Positions 9,984 through 18,914 of a stretch of DNA of 64,000 nucleotides are shown here, in pieces. The notes below the pieces were generated by a model, which worked only from the letters and a program-made list of their open reading frames with translations, searched no databases and was not told where the DNA came from. The translations under genes were made by a program, and so were the position numbers. The DNA is from an uncultured Verrucomicrobiae bacterium. GTDB lineage: Bacteria > Verrucomicrobiota > Verrucomicrobiia > Limisphaerales > JAFGQR01. Where the stretch lies: contig CAWBHS010000049.1 in NCBI GenBank assembly GCA_963788655.1, positions 224,001 to 288,000 on the forward strand, in the 5' to 3' direction. Position 1 is the first letter of the stretch, and each line of letters opens with the position of its first letter.

Positions 9984-12900
9984 ATGAACAGAACCGTCTA
10001 TCCAATCTTGCCGCCTGTTTCCCGCATCGGCAAACGGGCAACCATCACTTGGCGCCTCCTGAGTGGTTGGATGCTGTTAGCCGCATGCGCTGTCGCTTTG
10101 CTGAGTCTTGCCCTCACTCCCCTCGCAGCCGCGCAGCCTGATTCTTCCAGCGCGCGTCTCCAGTGGGTCATTCTTGACTCAGACAATCAAACTGTCCCCT
10201 GCCGCATTCACTTGCGGGACGCGCAAGGCAAACCGGTGCAACCCCCGGAACTGCCCTTCTGGAAAGACCATTTCGTGTGTGCGGGCTCAATTGCTATCGA
10301 TCTCGCGCCGGACAACTACACTTATCAAATCGAACGTGGATCGGAATACTACGCGGCTACTGGTGCGGTTCGACTGGTGTCCGGCGAAACTCGATTCCTC
10401 ACCAACACGCTGCGCCGCCTCGCCAACCTGGCGTCCGAAGGCTGGTGGTCGGGCGAAACGCATGTTCATCGTCCGCCATCCGACATCGAGTTGCTTATGC
10501 GGGCCGAGGACTTGCACGTTGCCCCGGTCATCACCTGGTGGAACGACTCCAATCGGTGGTCCCGGCAGCCACGCCCGAGTGATCCCCTGGTTCGCTTCGA
10601 TGGCGACCGTTTCTATCATCTGATGGCGGGCGAGGACGAACGCGGCGGCGGGGCGTTGCTGTATTTCAACTTGCGCGAGCCGTTGAACATCACCGGCGCC
10701 CAACGCGAGTATCCGTCCTCGACCAAATTCCTCGCCGAAGCCCGTCGGCACAAAGGCGTGTGGGTGGAAATCGAAAAGCCATTCTGGTGGGACACGCCGA
10801 TCTGGCTGGCCAGCGGACAAGTGGACTCCGTGGGCATCGCGCAAAACCATCTCCAGCGCAGCGGTGTGCTCGACAACGAAGCCTGGGGTAAACCGCGCAA
10901 CCGCGAACGCTATCCCGGCCCGCACGGCAATGGACTGTGGACGCAGGATATTTACTACCACATTTTGAATTGTGGTTTGCGCCTGCCACCCTCGGCGGGT
11001 AGCGCTTCCGGAGTGTTGCCAAATCCGTTGGGCTACAACCGCGTCTATGTGCATCTGGACGGCGAACTGACTCATCCCAAATGGTGGGAGGGACTGCGCG
11101 CCGGACGGGTCTTTGTTTCGAATGGTCCGTTGTTGCGCTGCCGTGCCAACGGGCAGTTGCCCGGCCACGTGTTCAAGAGCAACGAGCCGCTCATGGTGCG
11201 GATCGAAGGACATCTCGATTCGCGCGACCCCGTGGCATCAGTTGAACTCGTTCACAATGGTCGCGTGGAACCAATTAACCTGCCATACCGGTTCACCGTT
11301 GAGCAAAGTGGCTGGTTTCTGGTGCGCGCTATTGCCGATGTGAAACCCACCTTTCGTTTCGCCTCCACCGGGCCTTTCTATGTCGAGATTGGCGCACAGT
11401 CCCATCCGGTGCAGCGCGAGTCCGCACAGTTCTTTCTCGATTGGACCCGCGAACGAATGCGGCAGTTGCAGCTCGACGATCCGCAACAGCGTGCTGAAGT
11501 GTTGGCCCCGATGCAGGCGGCGGAGAAGTTTTGGATGGCCAAGAGCCAGGTCGAAAAGCCAAACGAGCAAGGAGGCGCTGGGCTCGGAGTCCCGCCTTCG
11601 GGTGGAACTACAAACCTGAGTGTTCATACTACTTCCAAGAACGCTGAAGGCGCGCGGAAGACAGTCCTCACCGGTGAAGTCGTGGATGAAGCGACGAAAC
11701 AAATCATTCCGTCACGGCTCTACATCCAACGCGAGGATGGGCGCTGGTTCTTCCCGGAATCGACTGCTCCGGAAGGTTCCGCCCTTCGCTACGAACACCG
11801 AAATTGGGCGAACACGAACGCCGTCGAGTATCACACCACCCTTTCGGCCCATCCCTTCCGCATCGAATTGGAACCCGGCAACTACACCTTCACCGCTGAG
11901 CGGGGGAAGGAATACCGCCCGTTCACGCAGCGCGTCGAAATTGGCGCCGAACCGCTCACCGTGCGGTTGCCATTGCACCGCTGGGTGAACATGGCGGCGC
12001 GCGGCTGGTATTCGGGCGACACGCACGTTCATCGGACACTTGCTGAGTTGCCAAACGTCATGCTGGCGGAAGACCTCAACGTGGCTTTCCCGTTGACCTT
12101 TTGGGTGACCAAAGCCTTCGCCCCGCCGACCCAAGGCGACAAAAATACCGACGCCGGCGCCTCGCCCCAGTTGATGACCGTGGATGCCACCCACGTCGTC
12201 TGGCCGCGCAACACGGAATACGAAATCTTCACGGTGAAGGGTAAGCGGCATACGCTCGGGGCGGTGTTTGCGCTCAACCACAAGATCCCGTTCCGCATGG
12301 GTGCCCCACCGGTCATTCCGGTGGCCGGCCAAGCCAAACTGGAGGGGGCATTGCTGGACCTCGACAAGCACGACTGGCCCTGGTCGATGGCGCTGGTTCC
12401 ATTGATGGGCGTGGACCTTTACGAGCTGGCGAACAACCATCATTGGCGCACTGAATTCAGCATGACCAACTGGAGCACCCCGGCTCCCGATTGGATGCAC
12501 CTGCCGAACGCGGGCCGCCACGGCACCGAGCGCGATTGGACGCTCTACACCTTTCAGAATTATTACGCACTGCTGAATTGCGGCTTCCGCCTGCGCCCGA
12601 CCGCGGGCACCGCCAACGGGGTGCATCCCGTACCGCTGGGTTTCAGTCGCGTCTATGTGCAGTTGCCCGGCGGCTTCAGCTACGACGCCTGGGTGAAACG
12701 CTTCAATGAAGGGCGCAGCTTCGTGACCACCGGCCCGATGTTGCTGGTCAAAATCGACAATCAATTACCCGGCTTCAAATTCACGGCGCGGCCCAACAAG
12801 ACCCGGCGGATTCGTGTCGAAGGTACGGTGCTCAGTGAACAACCCGTGGAGATCATTGAAGTCATTTTGAACGGGCAAGTCGCGCACCGGCTTACGCCGG

Positions 12901-13214
12901 AAGGTCACCGGAATGCCGACGGCGCCTATGAAAGCAGTTTTCGTCAGATTGGGGACCTCACTGGTTCCGGTTGGGTGGCCGTGCGCTGCTGGGAGCCGCG
13001 CCCCAACAACCGGATTCGCTTCGCCCACACGGCGCCCAGTTTCTTCGACGTGCCCGGCCAGCCACTGCCTCCGCGCTCAGAGGAAGTCGCTTTCCTGATC
13101 CAGCGGGTGCAGCAAGAAATCGAACGCAGCGCCGGCACTTTGCCTCCGGAAGCCATTGACGAATACCGCCAAGCTCTCGCTGTCTATGAAGCCCTGGCGC
13201 GAACGGCGCGTTAG
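9984..13214 (+). CDS. Secreted CehA/McbA-type (PHP-like) metallohydrolase with two tandem catalytic modules
   Basis: Signal peptide. Two modules with WWSGETHVH and WYSGDTHVH, LNCGLRLPPSAGS and LNCGFRLRPTAGT, GRVFVSNGP and GRSFVTTGP. Confidence 0.8.
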   Translation: MNRTVYPILPPVSRIGKRATITWRLLSGWMLLAACAVALLSLALTPLAAAQPDSSSARLQWVILDSDNQTVPCRIHLRDAQGKPVQPPELPFWKDHFVCAGSIAIDLAPDNYTYQIERGSEYYAATGAVRLVSGETRFLTNTLRRLANLASEGWWSGETHVHRPPSDIELLMRAEDLHVAPVITWWNDSNRWSRQPRPSDPLVRFDGDRFYHLMAGEDERGGGALLYFNLREPLNITGAQREYPSSTKFLAEARRHKGVWVEIEKPFWWDTPIWLASGQVDSVGIAQNHLQRSGVLDNEAWGKPRNRERYPGPHGNGLWTQDIYYHILNCGLRLPPSAGSASGVLPNPLGYNRVYVHLDGELTHPKWWEGLRAGRVFVSNGPLLRCRANGQLPGHVFKSNEPLMVRIEGHLDSRDPVASVELVHNGRVEPINLPYRFTVEQSGWFLVRAIADVKPTFRFASTGPFYVEIGAQSHPVQRESAQFFLDWTRERMRQLQLDDPQQRAEVLAPMQAAEKFWMAKSQVEKPNEQGGAGLGVPPSGGTTNLSVHTTSKNAEGARKTVLTGEVVDEATKQIIPSRLYIQREDGRWFFPESTAPEGSALRYEHRNWANTNAVEYHTTLSAHPFRIELEPGNYTFTAERGKEYRPFTQRVEIGAEPLTVRLPLHRWVNMAARGWYSGDTHVHRTLAELPNVMLAEDLNVAFPLTFWVTKAFAPPTQGDKNTDAGASPQLMTVDATHVVWPRNTEYEIFTVKGKRHTLGAVFALNHKIPFRMGAPPVIPVAGQAKLEGALLDLDKHDWPWSMALVPLMGVDLYELANNHHWRTEFSMTNWSTPAPDWMHLPNAGRHGTERDWTLYTFQNYYALLNCGFRLRPTAGTANGVHPVPLGFSRVYVQLPGGFSYDAWVKRFNEGRSFVTTGPMLLVKIDNQLPGFKFTARPNKTRRIRVEGTVLSEQPVEIIEVILNGQVAHRLTPEGHRNADGAYESSFRQIGDLTGSGWVAVRCWEPRPNNRIRFAHTAPSFFDVPGQPLPPRSEEVAFLIQRVQQEIERSAGTLPPEAIDEYRQALAVYEALARTAR

Positions 13215-13475
13215 CAGTTTTTTCACGTTGAGTTCGGATTGAGCCTTTCCCCCCGGCTCAAGTCACGTTTGGCTTCCTGATCGCTGCGGCATTTTACGGG
13301 GGTGGTAAGAGAGGTGAGGTCAACGTTCCATGCCAGAGCGGCGGATGGGTAGCGTCGCCGTCGAATGCTCTTCAGTTTGCATCAGCGAGGCAATGCCAAA
13401 CCACCAGTGGGCGCCGAGTCGAGCTGTCGAAGCAGTGCTGCGACAATGCCAGCTTGGACAATTAATTCCCTCACC

Positions 13476-13502
13476 GTAGCCGCCGACGTAAGGAAGTGGA
13501 CC
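13476..13502. repeat. Single REP-like arm (family A: GTAGCCGCCGACGTAAGGA)
   Basis: Matches arms at 34560, 38421 (reverse complement), 40186 and in the 52 kb array. Confidence 0.65.
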
Positions 13503-13585
13503 CGCCGTATCTGATTGTGTGCTGGTTTTTTGAAGCCTGCTACGCTCCTTTGGTTCCGGTTCGTCCGATCCTGGAAATTTCCTGG

Positions 13586-14347
13586 TTAGGCGTTCAACCG
13601 TCCCAGCAACCGGAGCAATCCGTCGAGGATGGTGACCGGGTGAGGGGGGCAACCGGGGATGTAAAGGTCCACCGGCAGCAGGTTCGCCGCGCCGTTGCGG
13701 ACTTCGGGATGATCGACATACGGGCCGCCGGAAATCGCGCAGGCGCCCACCGCGATCACCAACTTGGGCGGCGGCACGGCGTCGTAGGTCTTTTGCAGAG
13801 CGAGCGCCATGTTTTGCGGGACCGGCCCGGTGATCAGCAAGCCGTCGGCGTGACGCGGCGAAGCGACGAATTGGACGCCAAACCGGCCCAGGTCAAACAC
13901 GACGGTGTTCAAAACGTTCACGTCCGCTTCGCAACCATTGCAGCCACCGGCGCTGACTTGGCGCAACTTGAGCGATCGGCCGAACAACCGGCGCGTCTTT
14001 TCTTCCAGCGCCCCCGCCAATTCCAGATCCTGGTTGCCGATGAGCAAGGCGTCGCGTCGGCTGGCAGCAAGACGGTAATCCGTGCTGAAACGGATTGCGT
14101 CTTCCGGGCAGGCCTGCGCGCACTCGGGGCAGAACAGACACCGGCCCAGGTCGAGCCGAAGGCCGTTCGCGTCAATCGTGATCGCGTCGGTCGGGCAAAC
14201 GTCGGCGCACGAACGACACTCGGTCGGGCAGCGGGTCGCATCGATTACCGGACGGCCGCGCAGACGGTCGGGTACCACGGGGGTCGTTCTTGGAAACCCA
14301 ACGGTACGATGGCCTTGTTGGATGCGGGTGAGCAGGGCTTTCAGCAT
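13586..14347 (-). CDS. Ehr/Hyf small subunit: 2x[4Fe-4S] (HyfH-like) domain fused to NuoB/HyfI-like domain
   Basis: CRSCADVCP, CLFCPECAQACP, GGCNGCE, SPRHADGLLITG, GACAISGG, PGCPPHP. Confidence 0.92.
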   Translation of the reverse strand: MLKALLTRIQQGHRTVGFPRTTPVVPDRLRGRPVIDATRCPTECRSCADVCPTDAITIDANGLRLDLGRCLFCPECAQACPEDAIRFSTDYRLAASRRDALLIGNQDLELAGALEEKTRRLFGRSLKLRQVSAGGCNGCEADVNVLNTVVFDLGRFGVQFVASPRHADGLLITGPVPQNMALALQKTYDAVPPPKLVIAVGACAISGGPYVDHPEVRNGAANLLPVDLYIPGCPPHPVTILDGLLRLLGRLNA

Positions 14348-14356
14348 GGCATGGCC

Positions 14357-15880
14357 TCACAAATCATGGCCGCAATACGACAGGTTGAAACTTTTGTTGC
14401 ACAGAGGAAAGTCGGAGATTTGCTGATCGCGCAACGCCATCGCCAGCCCCATCCAGTTGTGGAACGACGGATCGACGATCTTATATCGGGCAAACTGTCT
14501 GCGTTCATCGGTAAGCGCCACGTGGCAAATCTCGCCGCGCCAGCCTTCGGTCAACGACACCACCGCGGCCTGGGGTGCCAGCGAACCGAGTGCCGTGCGG
14601 GTGCTACCTTTGGGCAGCGATTTGAGTTGGTCGAAAATGAATTCCATCGACCGCTGAATTTCCAGCCACCGCACGTAAGCCCGCGCAAACACATTGCCAT
14701 CCGGATAGGTGGACACCGGGATTTGCGTAAAGCGGTACTGGCCGGAAGGAAACTGGGCGCGCACGTCGCGTTCCACGCCGCAGGCGCGCGCCACCGGCCC
14801 GACCAGGCCAAGTTCCATAACCGTTGCGCGGCTGAGGGAACCGGCATTTTCGAATCGCGAGCGGACCGACGACGTGTTCCACAACAACTCCACCGCGCGG
14901 GTGACATCCTGCCGCGCTTGTTCGAGCCGTTCGCGGAGTTGGGCCAGGCGGGTGTCGTCGGCATCGAAGCCGGTTCCGCCCGGCCGAATGAAGCCCCGGC
15001 CGAAACGGTTCCCGCCAAGCAGGGCGGTCATGTTCAGGAAGTCGCCGCGAATCCGGCCGCAATAAGACATCGTGGGCAGATAGCCGATGTCACCGGCCAA
15101 TGCGCCGAGGTCGCCGGTATGGTTGGCCAACCGTTCCAATTCCAGCGCCAGTGCGCGCAGGGCCTGGGCGCGGGCTGGCACGCGACAGTTGGCCAGCCCT
15201 TCCAGCGCCTGACAGTACGCCGTGGCGTGGCCGATGGTGGTGTCACCGGCCAACGTTTCTGCGTAGGGGATGCTACGTTTGTTCGGGCCGCCGATTAGGG
15301 CGCGTTCCACGCCGCGATGTTGGTAGCCGAGCGAAATTTCCAGGTGATACACGTGCTCGCCGTGGCATTGGAACCGGAAATGACCCGGCTCGATAACGCC
15401 TGCATGCACGGGCCCCACAGCCACCTCGTGGACTTCCTCGCCGTGCAGTTGGAAGAAGTCCGTGACGCCAGGTTGAAGTGGGGTTTCGGGCGCGCGATCC
15501 CAGGCATCCAATCCCGCCCGCCAGGAACGATGAAAACGAATCGGCTTGAGCCCCGGATGGCCGGTCGGTTTGACGCCCCATTGTTCGGCAATCTCCCGTT
15601 CGAACCAATGCGCCTGCGCGCATTCCGGCGTCAGGGACGGGTAAGTGTTCTGCACCTCGGCGGAGCAGATTGAAAGGTGGCCTTCGTTTTCATGGGCCAG
15701 CACGGCCACAAGTCGCACGGCGTTGCCGGCGGCGGCGCACCCAAACAGGGTGGCGATCCGGGCGCCGTGCCGGGTGTCGTTAATCACACGGGCCACAAAG
15801 TCGTCGATGGGCAATTGCAGGATTTGCCCTTGCGGTACCGCGACGGCATTGCGCAGCAAACCAGGCTGGGTGGCGGTCAT
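14357..15880 (-). CDS. Ehr/Hyf large subunit (HycE/HyfG, NuoC+D-like) lacking the Ni-binding CxxC motifs
   Basis: WFEREIAEQWG, VGPVHAGVIEPGHFRF, LGYQHRGVE, ELERLANH, EGWRGE, KIVDPSFHNW, C-terminal DFPLCNKSFNLSYCGHDL. Start ATG 15880 overlaps the upstream TGA. Confidence 0.92.
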   Translation of the reverse strand: MTATQPGLLRNAVAVPQGQILQLPIDDFVARVINDTRHGARIATLFGCAAAGNAVRLVAVLAHENEGHLSICSAEVQNTYPSLTPECAQAHWFEREIAEQWGVKPTGHPGLKPIRFHRSWRAGLDAWDRAPETPLQPGVTDFFQLHGEEVHEVAVGPVHAGVIEPGHFRFQCHGEHVYHLEISLGYQHRGVERALIGGPNKRSIPYAETLAGDTTIGHATAYCQALEGLANCRVPARAQALRALALELERLANHTGDLGALAGDIGYLPTMSYCGRIRGDFLNMTALLGGNRFGRGFIRPGGTGFDADDTRLAQLRERLEQARQDVTRAVELLWNTSSVRSRFENAGSLSRATVMELGLVGPVARACGVERDVRAQFPSGQYRFTQIPVSTYPDGNVFARAYVRWLEIQRSMEFIFDQLKSLPKGSTRTALGSLAPQAAVVSLTEGWRGEICHVALTDERRQFARYKIVDPSFHNWMGLAMALRDQQISDFPLCNKSFNLSYCGHDL

Positions 15881-17356
15881 CACAGACCTCCCAAGCTTTG
15901 GGCGATCTGGTGCAACAGATCGCTCACGGTTGGCGGCAGATAGAATCCCAGCCCCAACACCAACGCGCCCAGCACCGCGGGCGGCGACAGGGCAAGCAAT
16001 GACCGGCCAGTTGATTTCGCAATCGGCGCCGTTTCGGATTGTCCTTGCGCCATTCCCAGGAACGCAGTGGCCATCCCGATGAAAATAATTGCCAGCAGCA
16101 GCAGGTAAATGATTCCCACGACTGGACTCCCGTTGTCGAACGCTGCTTTCAATATGGTGAACTCGCTGAGAAACGGTCCAAACGGCGGCGTGCCCGTGAT
16201 GGCCAAAAAACCGGCGATCCACAGCGCCCCGGTCACTGGCGACCGCCGCAACACACCGCGCACCTGGCCGATGGTCTTGGTTTGATACATCGCGAGGATG
16301 TTGCCGGCCACGAAGAACAGCATCGCCTTCGTGAACGAATGATTAATGGCGTGAAACATGGCGCCGAACGAACCCGCGCCGCCCAGTCCCACCCCCAGCG
16401 CCAGAATGCCCATGTGTTCGACACTCGAATAGGCCAGCAGCCGTTTGTAGTCGGTTTGGCCCAGAATGAATACCGCGGCGACGCCCATGGAAATCAGGCC
16501 GAAGCCCACCAGTAGTTGCTGGCCGAAAACGATTTCTCCGGCGGCCACGCCCACCTGTTGCAACCGCAGGATGCCCAGAAACGCGCAGTTCAGCAGTGCC
16601 CCGGAGAGCAGCGCGGAGATGACGGACGGCGATTCACTGTGCGCGTCCGGCAGCCAGGTGTGCAACGGCGCCAGGCCCATCTTGGTGCCGTAGCCCACCA
16701 GCAGCAGAATGAACGCGGCCTTCAGCCAAGTGCGGTTGGAGGTTGTGGGCGTGCGCCACCAGCAAAGGCATTTCCAGGGGCAACGCCGGCTGACCAGGTT
16801 GTGCCGCGGCCACGCCCAGGAAGAAATTCCCCAACAAGGCCAGCGCAATGCCGACCGAACAAATCAGGAGGTATTTCCATGTGGCTTCCAGCGAACGATG
16901 GTGCCGGTGAAAGTAAATCAACGGGGCGCTCGCCAAAGTGGTTGCCTCGATGCCGATCCAGAGCAGGCCGAAATGCTGGCTGAGCGTGACCAATGTCATG
17001 GCCGCCAGAAAGAGCAGCAGGCAGCCGACGAAAACCGCCTCGGGCGCGTTCTCAAAAAGAAAGCCTTCCTCGAGATCGGTAATCCGCCGGCTTGATTCCT
17101 GGGCCAGATAACCCAGCGCATAAACCGACGCCGCCAGAAACAGAATGCTGGTAATGGTCAGGAACAGTCTTCCGGCGGCATCCAGGAACAGCCAGCCGCC
17201 CAGGGCCGGTGCGGGATCAAATCGCCACGCGGCCACGGTCAACGCCGTGTGCGCCAGCGCGGTGAGCACCAGGAGGCCGCGACGGGCGGCCGTGGCGCGC
17301 AGAAAGAACGCGGCGATGCCGGCCAGCGCGGGAATGAGAATCAAGGCAAGCGTCAT
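15880..17356 (-). CDS. HyfF-like antiporter-type membrane subunit; one frameshift near 16735
   Basis: ORFs 16634..17356 and 15880..16848 join: EATTLASAPLI, LEATWKY, GYGTKMGLAPLHTWLPDAHSE, KRLLAYSSVEHMG. Confidence 0.9.
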
Positions 17357-17359
17357 GGA

Positions 17360-17998
17360 TCAATCCTTCAAGGTGGAGAGCCGGTCGGTTTCGATATGAT
17401 CAAACTCGCGGCTGATGTGAAAAATGATGATGCCCATGACAAACACTGCCACGAACACGTCGAGGAGCACGCCCACTTCCACGATAAGCGAGGTTTCGCC
17501 CATCACACCGGCGCCGAACGTGAAGACCCCGTTTTCCAACACCAGAAAACCGAGCACCTGGTTGACGGCGCGTTTGCGGCTCACAATAAGAAAAAATCCC
17601 GCCAGGATGGAAAACAACGCAATCGGCACCAGTAGCGGTGACGCGGCCGACGGTAACGGCGGCAGTTTGGTGCTTAGTCCAAAGGAAGCCGCCAGCGCCA
17701 GCACGCCAGCAATGAGCGAGGTCACGTAGCCCACGTAGGGCTCGACTTCGCGGCTGACCTCCGCTTGGCGGAGCGCGCGAAACAGCAGCCAGGGAAACAC
17801 GATGCCTTTCAGCGTGATGCTGCCCACCGCCAGCGCCGCAATGCGCAGCGGTCCGGAAGCGGAGTGCGCCAATACCGGCAACAGCCCCAGCAAAATACCT
17901 TGCGCCGCCACGACGCGAATGGACGACCCCAGCCGGCTGGACGCCAGCAATTTCAGGTTCGTGAGCACCACCAGGATGAGAATCAAATCAACGTTCAT
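17360..17998 (-). CDS. HyfE-like membrane subunit
   Basis: Hydrophobic 212 aa with QVLGFLVLENG and VEVGVLLDVFV; operon position. Confidence 0.88.
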   Translation of the reverse strand: MNVDLILILVVLTNLKLLASSRLGSSIRVVAAQGILLGLLPVLAHSASGPLRIAALAVGSITLKGIVFPWLLFRALRQAEVSREVEPYVGYVTSLIAGVLALAASFGLSTKLPPLPSAASPLLVPIALFSILAGFFLIVSRKRAVNQVLGFLVLENGVFTFGAGVMGETSLIVEVGVLLDVFVAVFVMGIIIFHISREFDHIETDRLSTLKD

Positions 17999-18002
17999 GG
18001 CT

Positions 18003-18911
18003 TTAGCGCAGCACCAAAATCAACGCGACGGCCGCCATCGCGCCCGCCCCTACCAGGAGTTGCGGCACGAGCAGCAACCGCAACCGCGCCATGGTGGATT
18101 CAATAAGGCCTATCACCACGCCCACCGCCAACAGTCCACCGAGGGTGACGACGAGGTTGGCCCCCACGCCGGCACCACCGATGGGCAACACGGTGTCCAC
18201 CAGCAACACGCTCAGCAGCCACAGTTTCAGCGCCGCGCCGTAGAGAATGAAGGCGAAGTCCGGCCCGCTGTGATCGAGCACCATGACTTCGTGAATCATG
18301 GTCAGTTCGAGATGCGTGTTCGGATCGTCCACGGGAAGGCGGGCGTTCTCCGCCAGCAGCACGACGAGCAACGTGACGGCGGTGAGCGCCAGCACCGGGC
18401 CGGTTAGCATCCAATGCGTGGTTGCGAGCACCCCGAAGATTTGCGAGAGCGACAGAGTGCTGGTGAGCTTGGCCAAAACCGCCAGCGCCAACAGCAGTGC
18501 CGGTTCGGCCAGCGCGGCAAATTGCACTTCGCGGCTGGCGCCCATGCCTTCGAAACTGGAACCCGTGTCCAACGCCGCGAGCACGGTGACGAACCGCATC
18601 AGCCCCAGCAGGTAGGCGAACAGGATAAGGTCACCGCCAAAGGGCAGCAACGCCGGCACCTTGCCCATGGGCAGCAGCGTAATCGCGACCAGCACCGCCG
18701 CGAGGCTGATGATGGGGCCGGCGCGGAACACCCACGTGGTCGTACGGCTGTAAACCGCGCCCTTGCGGAGCAGTTTCCAGAGATCGAAATAGAGTTGCAG
18801 AATCGGTTGTCCGCGGCGACCGGCAACCACGGCTTTGGTGCGGTTAATCACCCCCGGCAACAGCGGCGACAGGACGAGGGCCAACAGTGGCGGAATCCAG
18901 GAGTAATTCAT
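18003..18911 (-). CDS. HyfC/HycD (NuoH-like) membrane subunit
   Basis: GRRGQPILQLYFDLWKLLRK, LDTGSSFEGMGASRE, ENARLPVDDPNTHLELTMIHE. Confidence 0.92.
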   Translation of the reverse strand: MNYSWIPPLLALVLSPLLPGVINRTKAVVAGRRGQPILQLYFDLWKLLRKGAVYSRTTTWVFRAGPIISLAAVLVAITLLPMGKVPALLPFGGDLILFAYLLGLMRFVTVLAALDTGSSFEGMGASREVQFAALAEPALLLALAVLAKLTSTLSLSQIFGVLATTHWMLTGPVLALTAVTLLVVLLAENARLPVDDPNTHLELTMIHEVMVLDHSGPDFAFILYGAALKLWLLSVLLVDTVLPIGGAGVGANLVVTLGGLLAVGVVIGLIESTMARLRLLLVPQLLVGAGAMAAVALILVLR

Positions 18912-18914
18912 GGC

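Noticed and set aside
13239..13260. Hairpin TTGAGCC-N8-GGCTCAA as terminator
   Set aside because: No U-tract follows on either strand, so support is too weak.
13496..15298. 600-aa plus-strand ORF
   Set aside because: Antisense shadow of the Ehr subunits.
14357..15880. Functional [NiFe] hydrogenase / formate hydrogenlyase
   Set aside because: Both Ni-binding CxxC motifs are absent.
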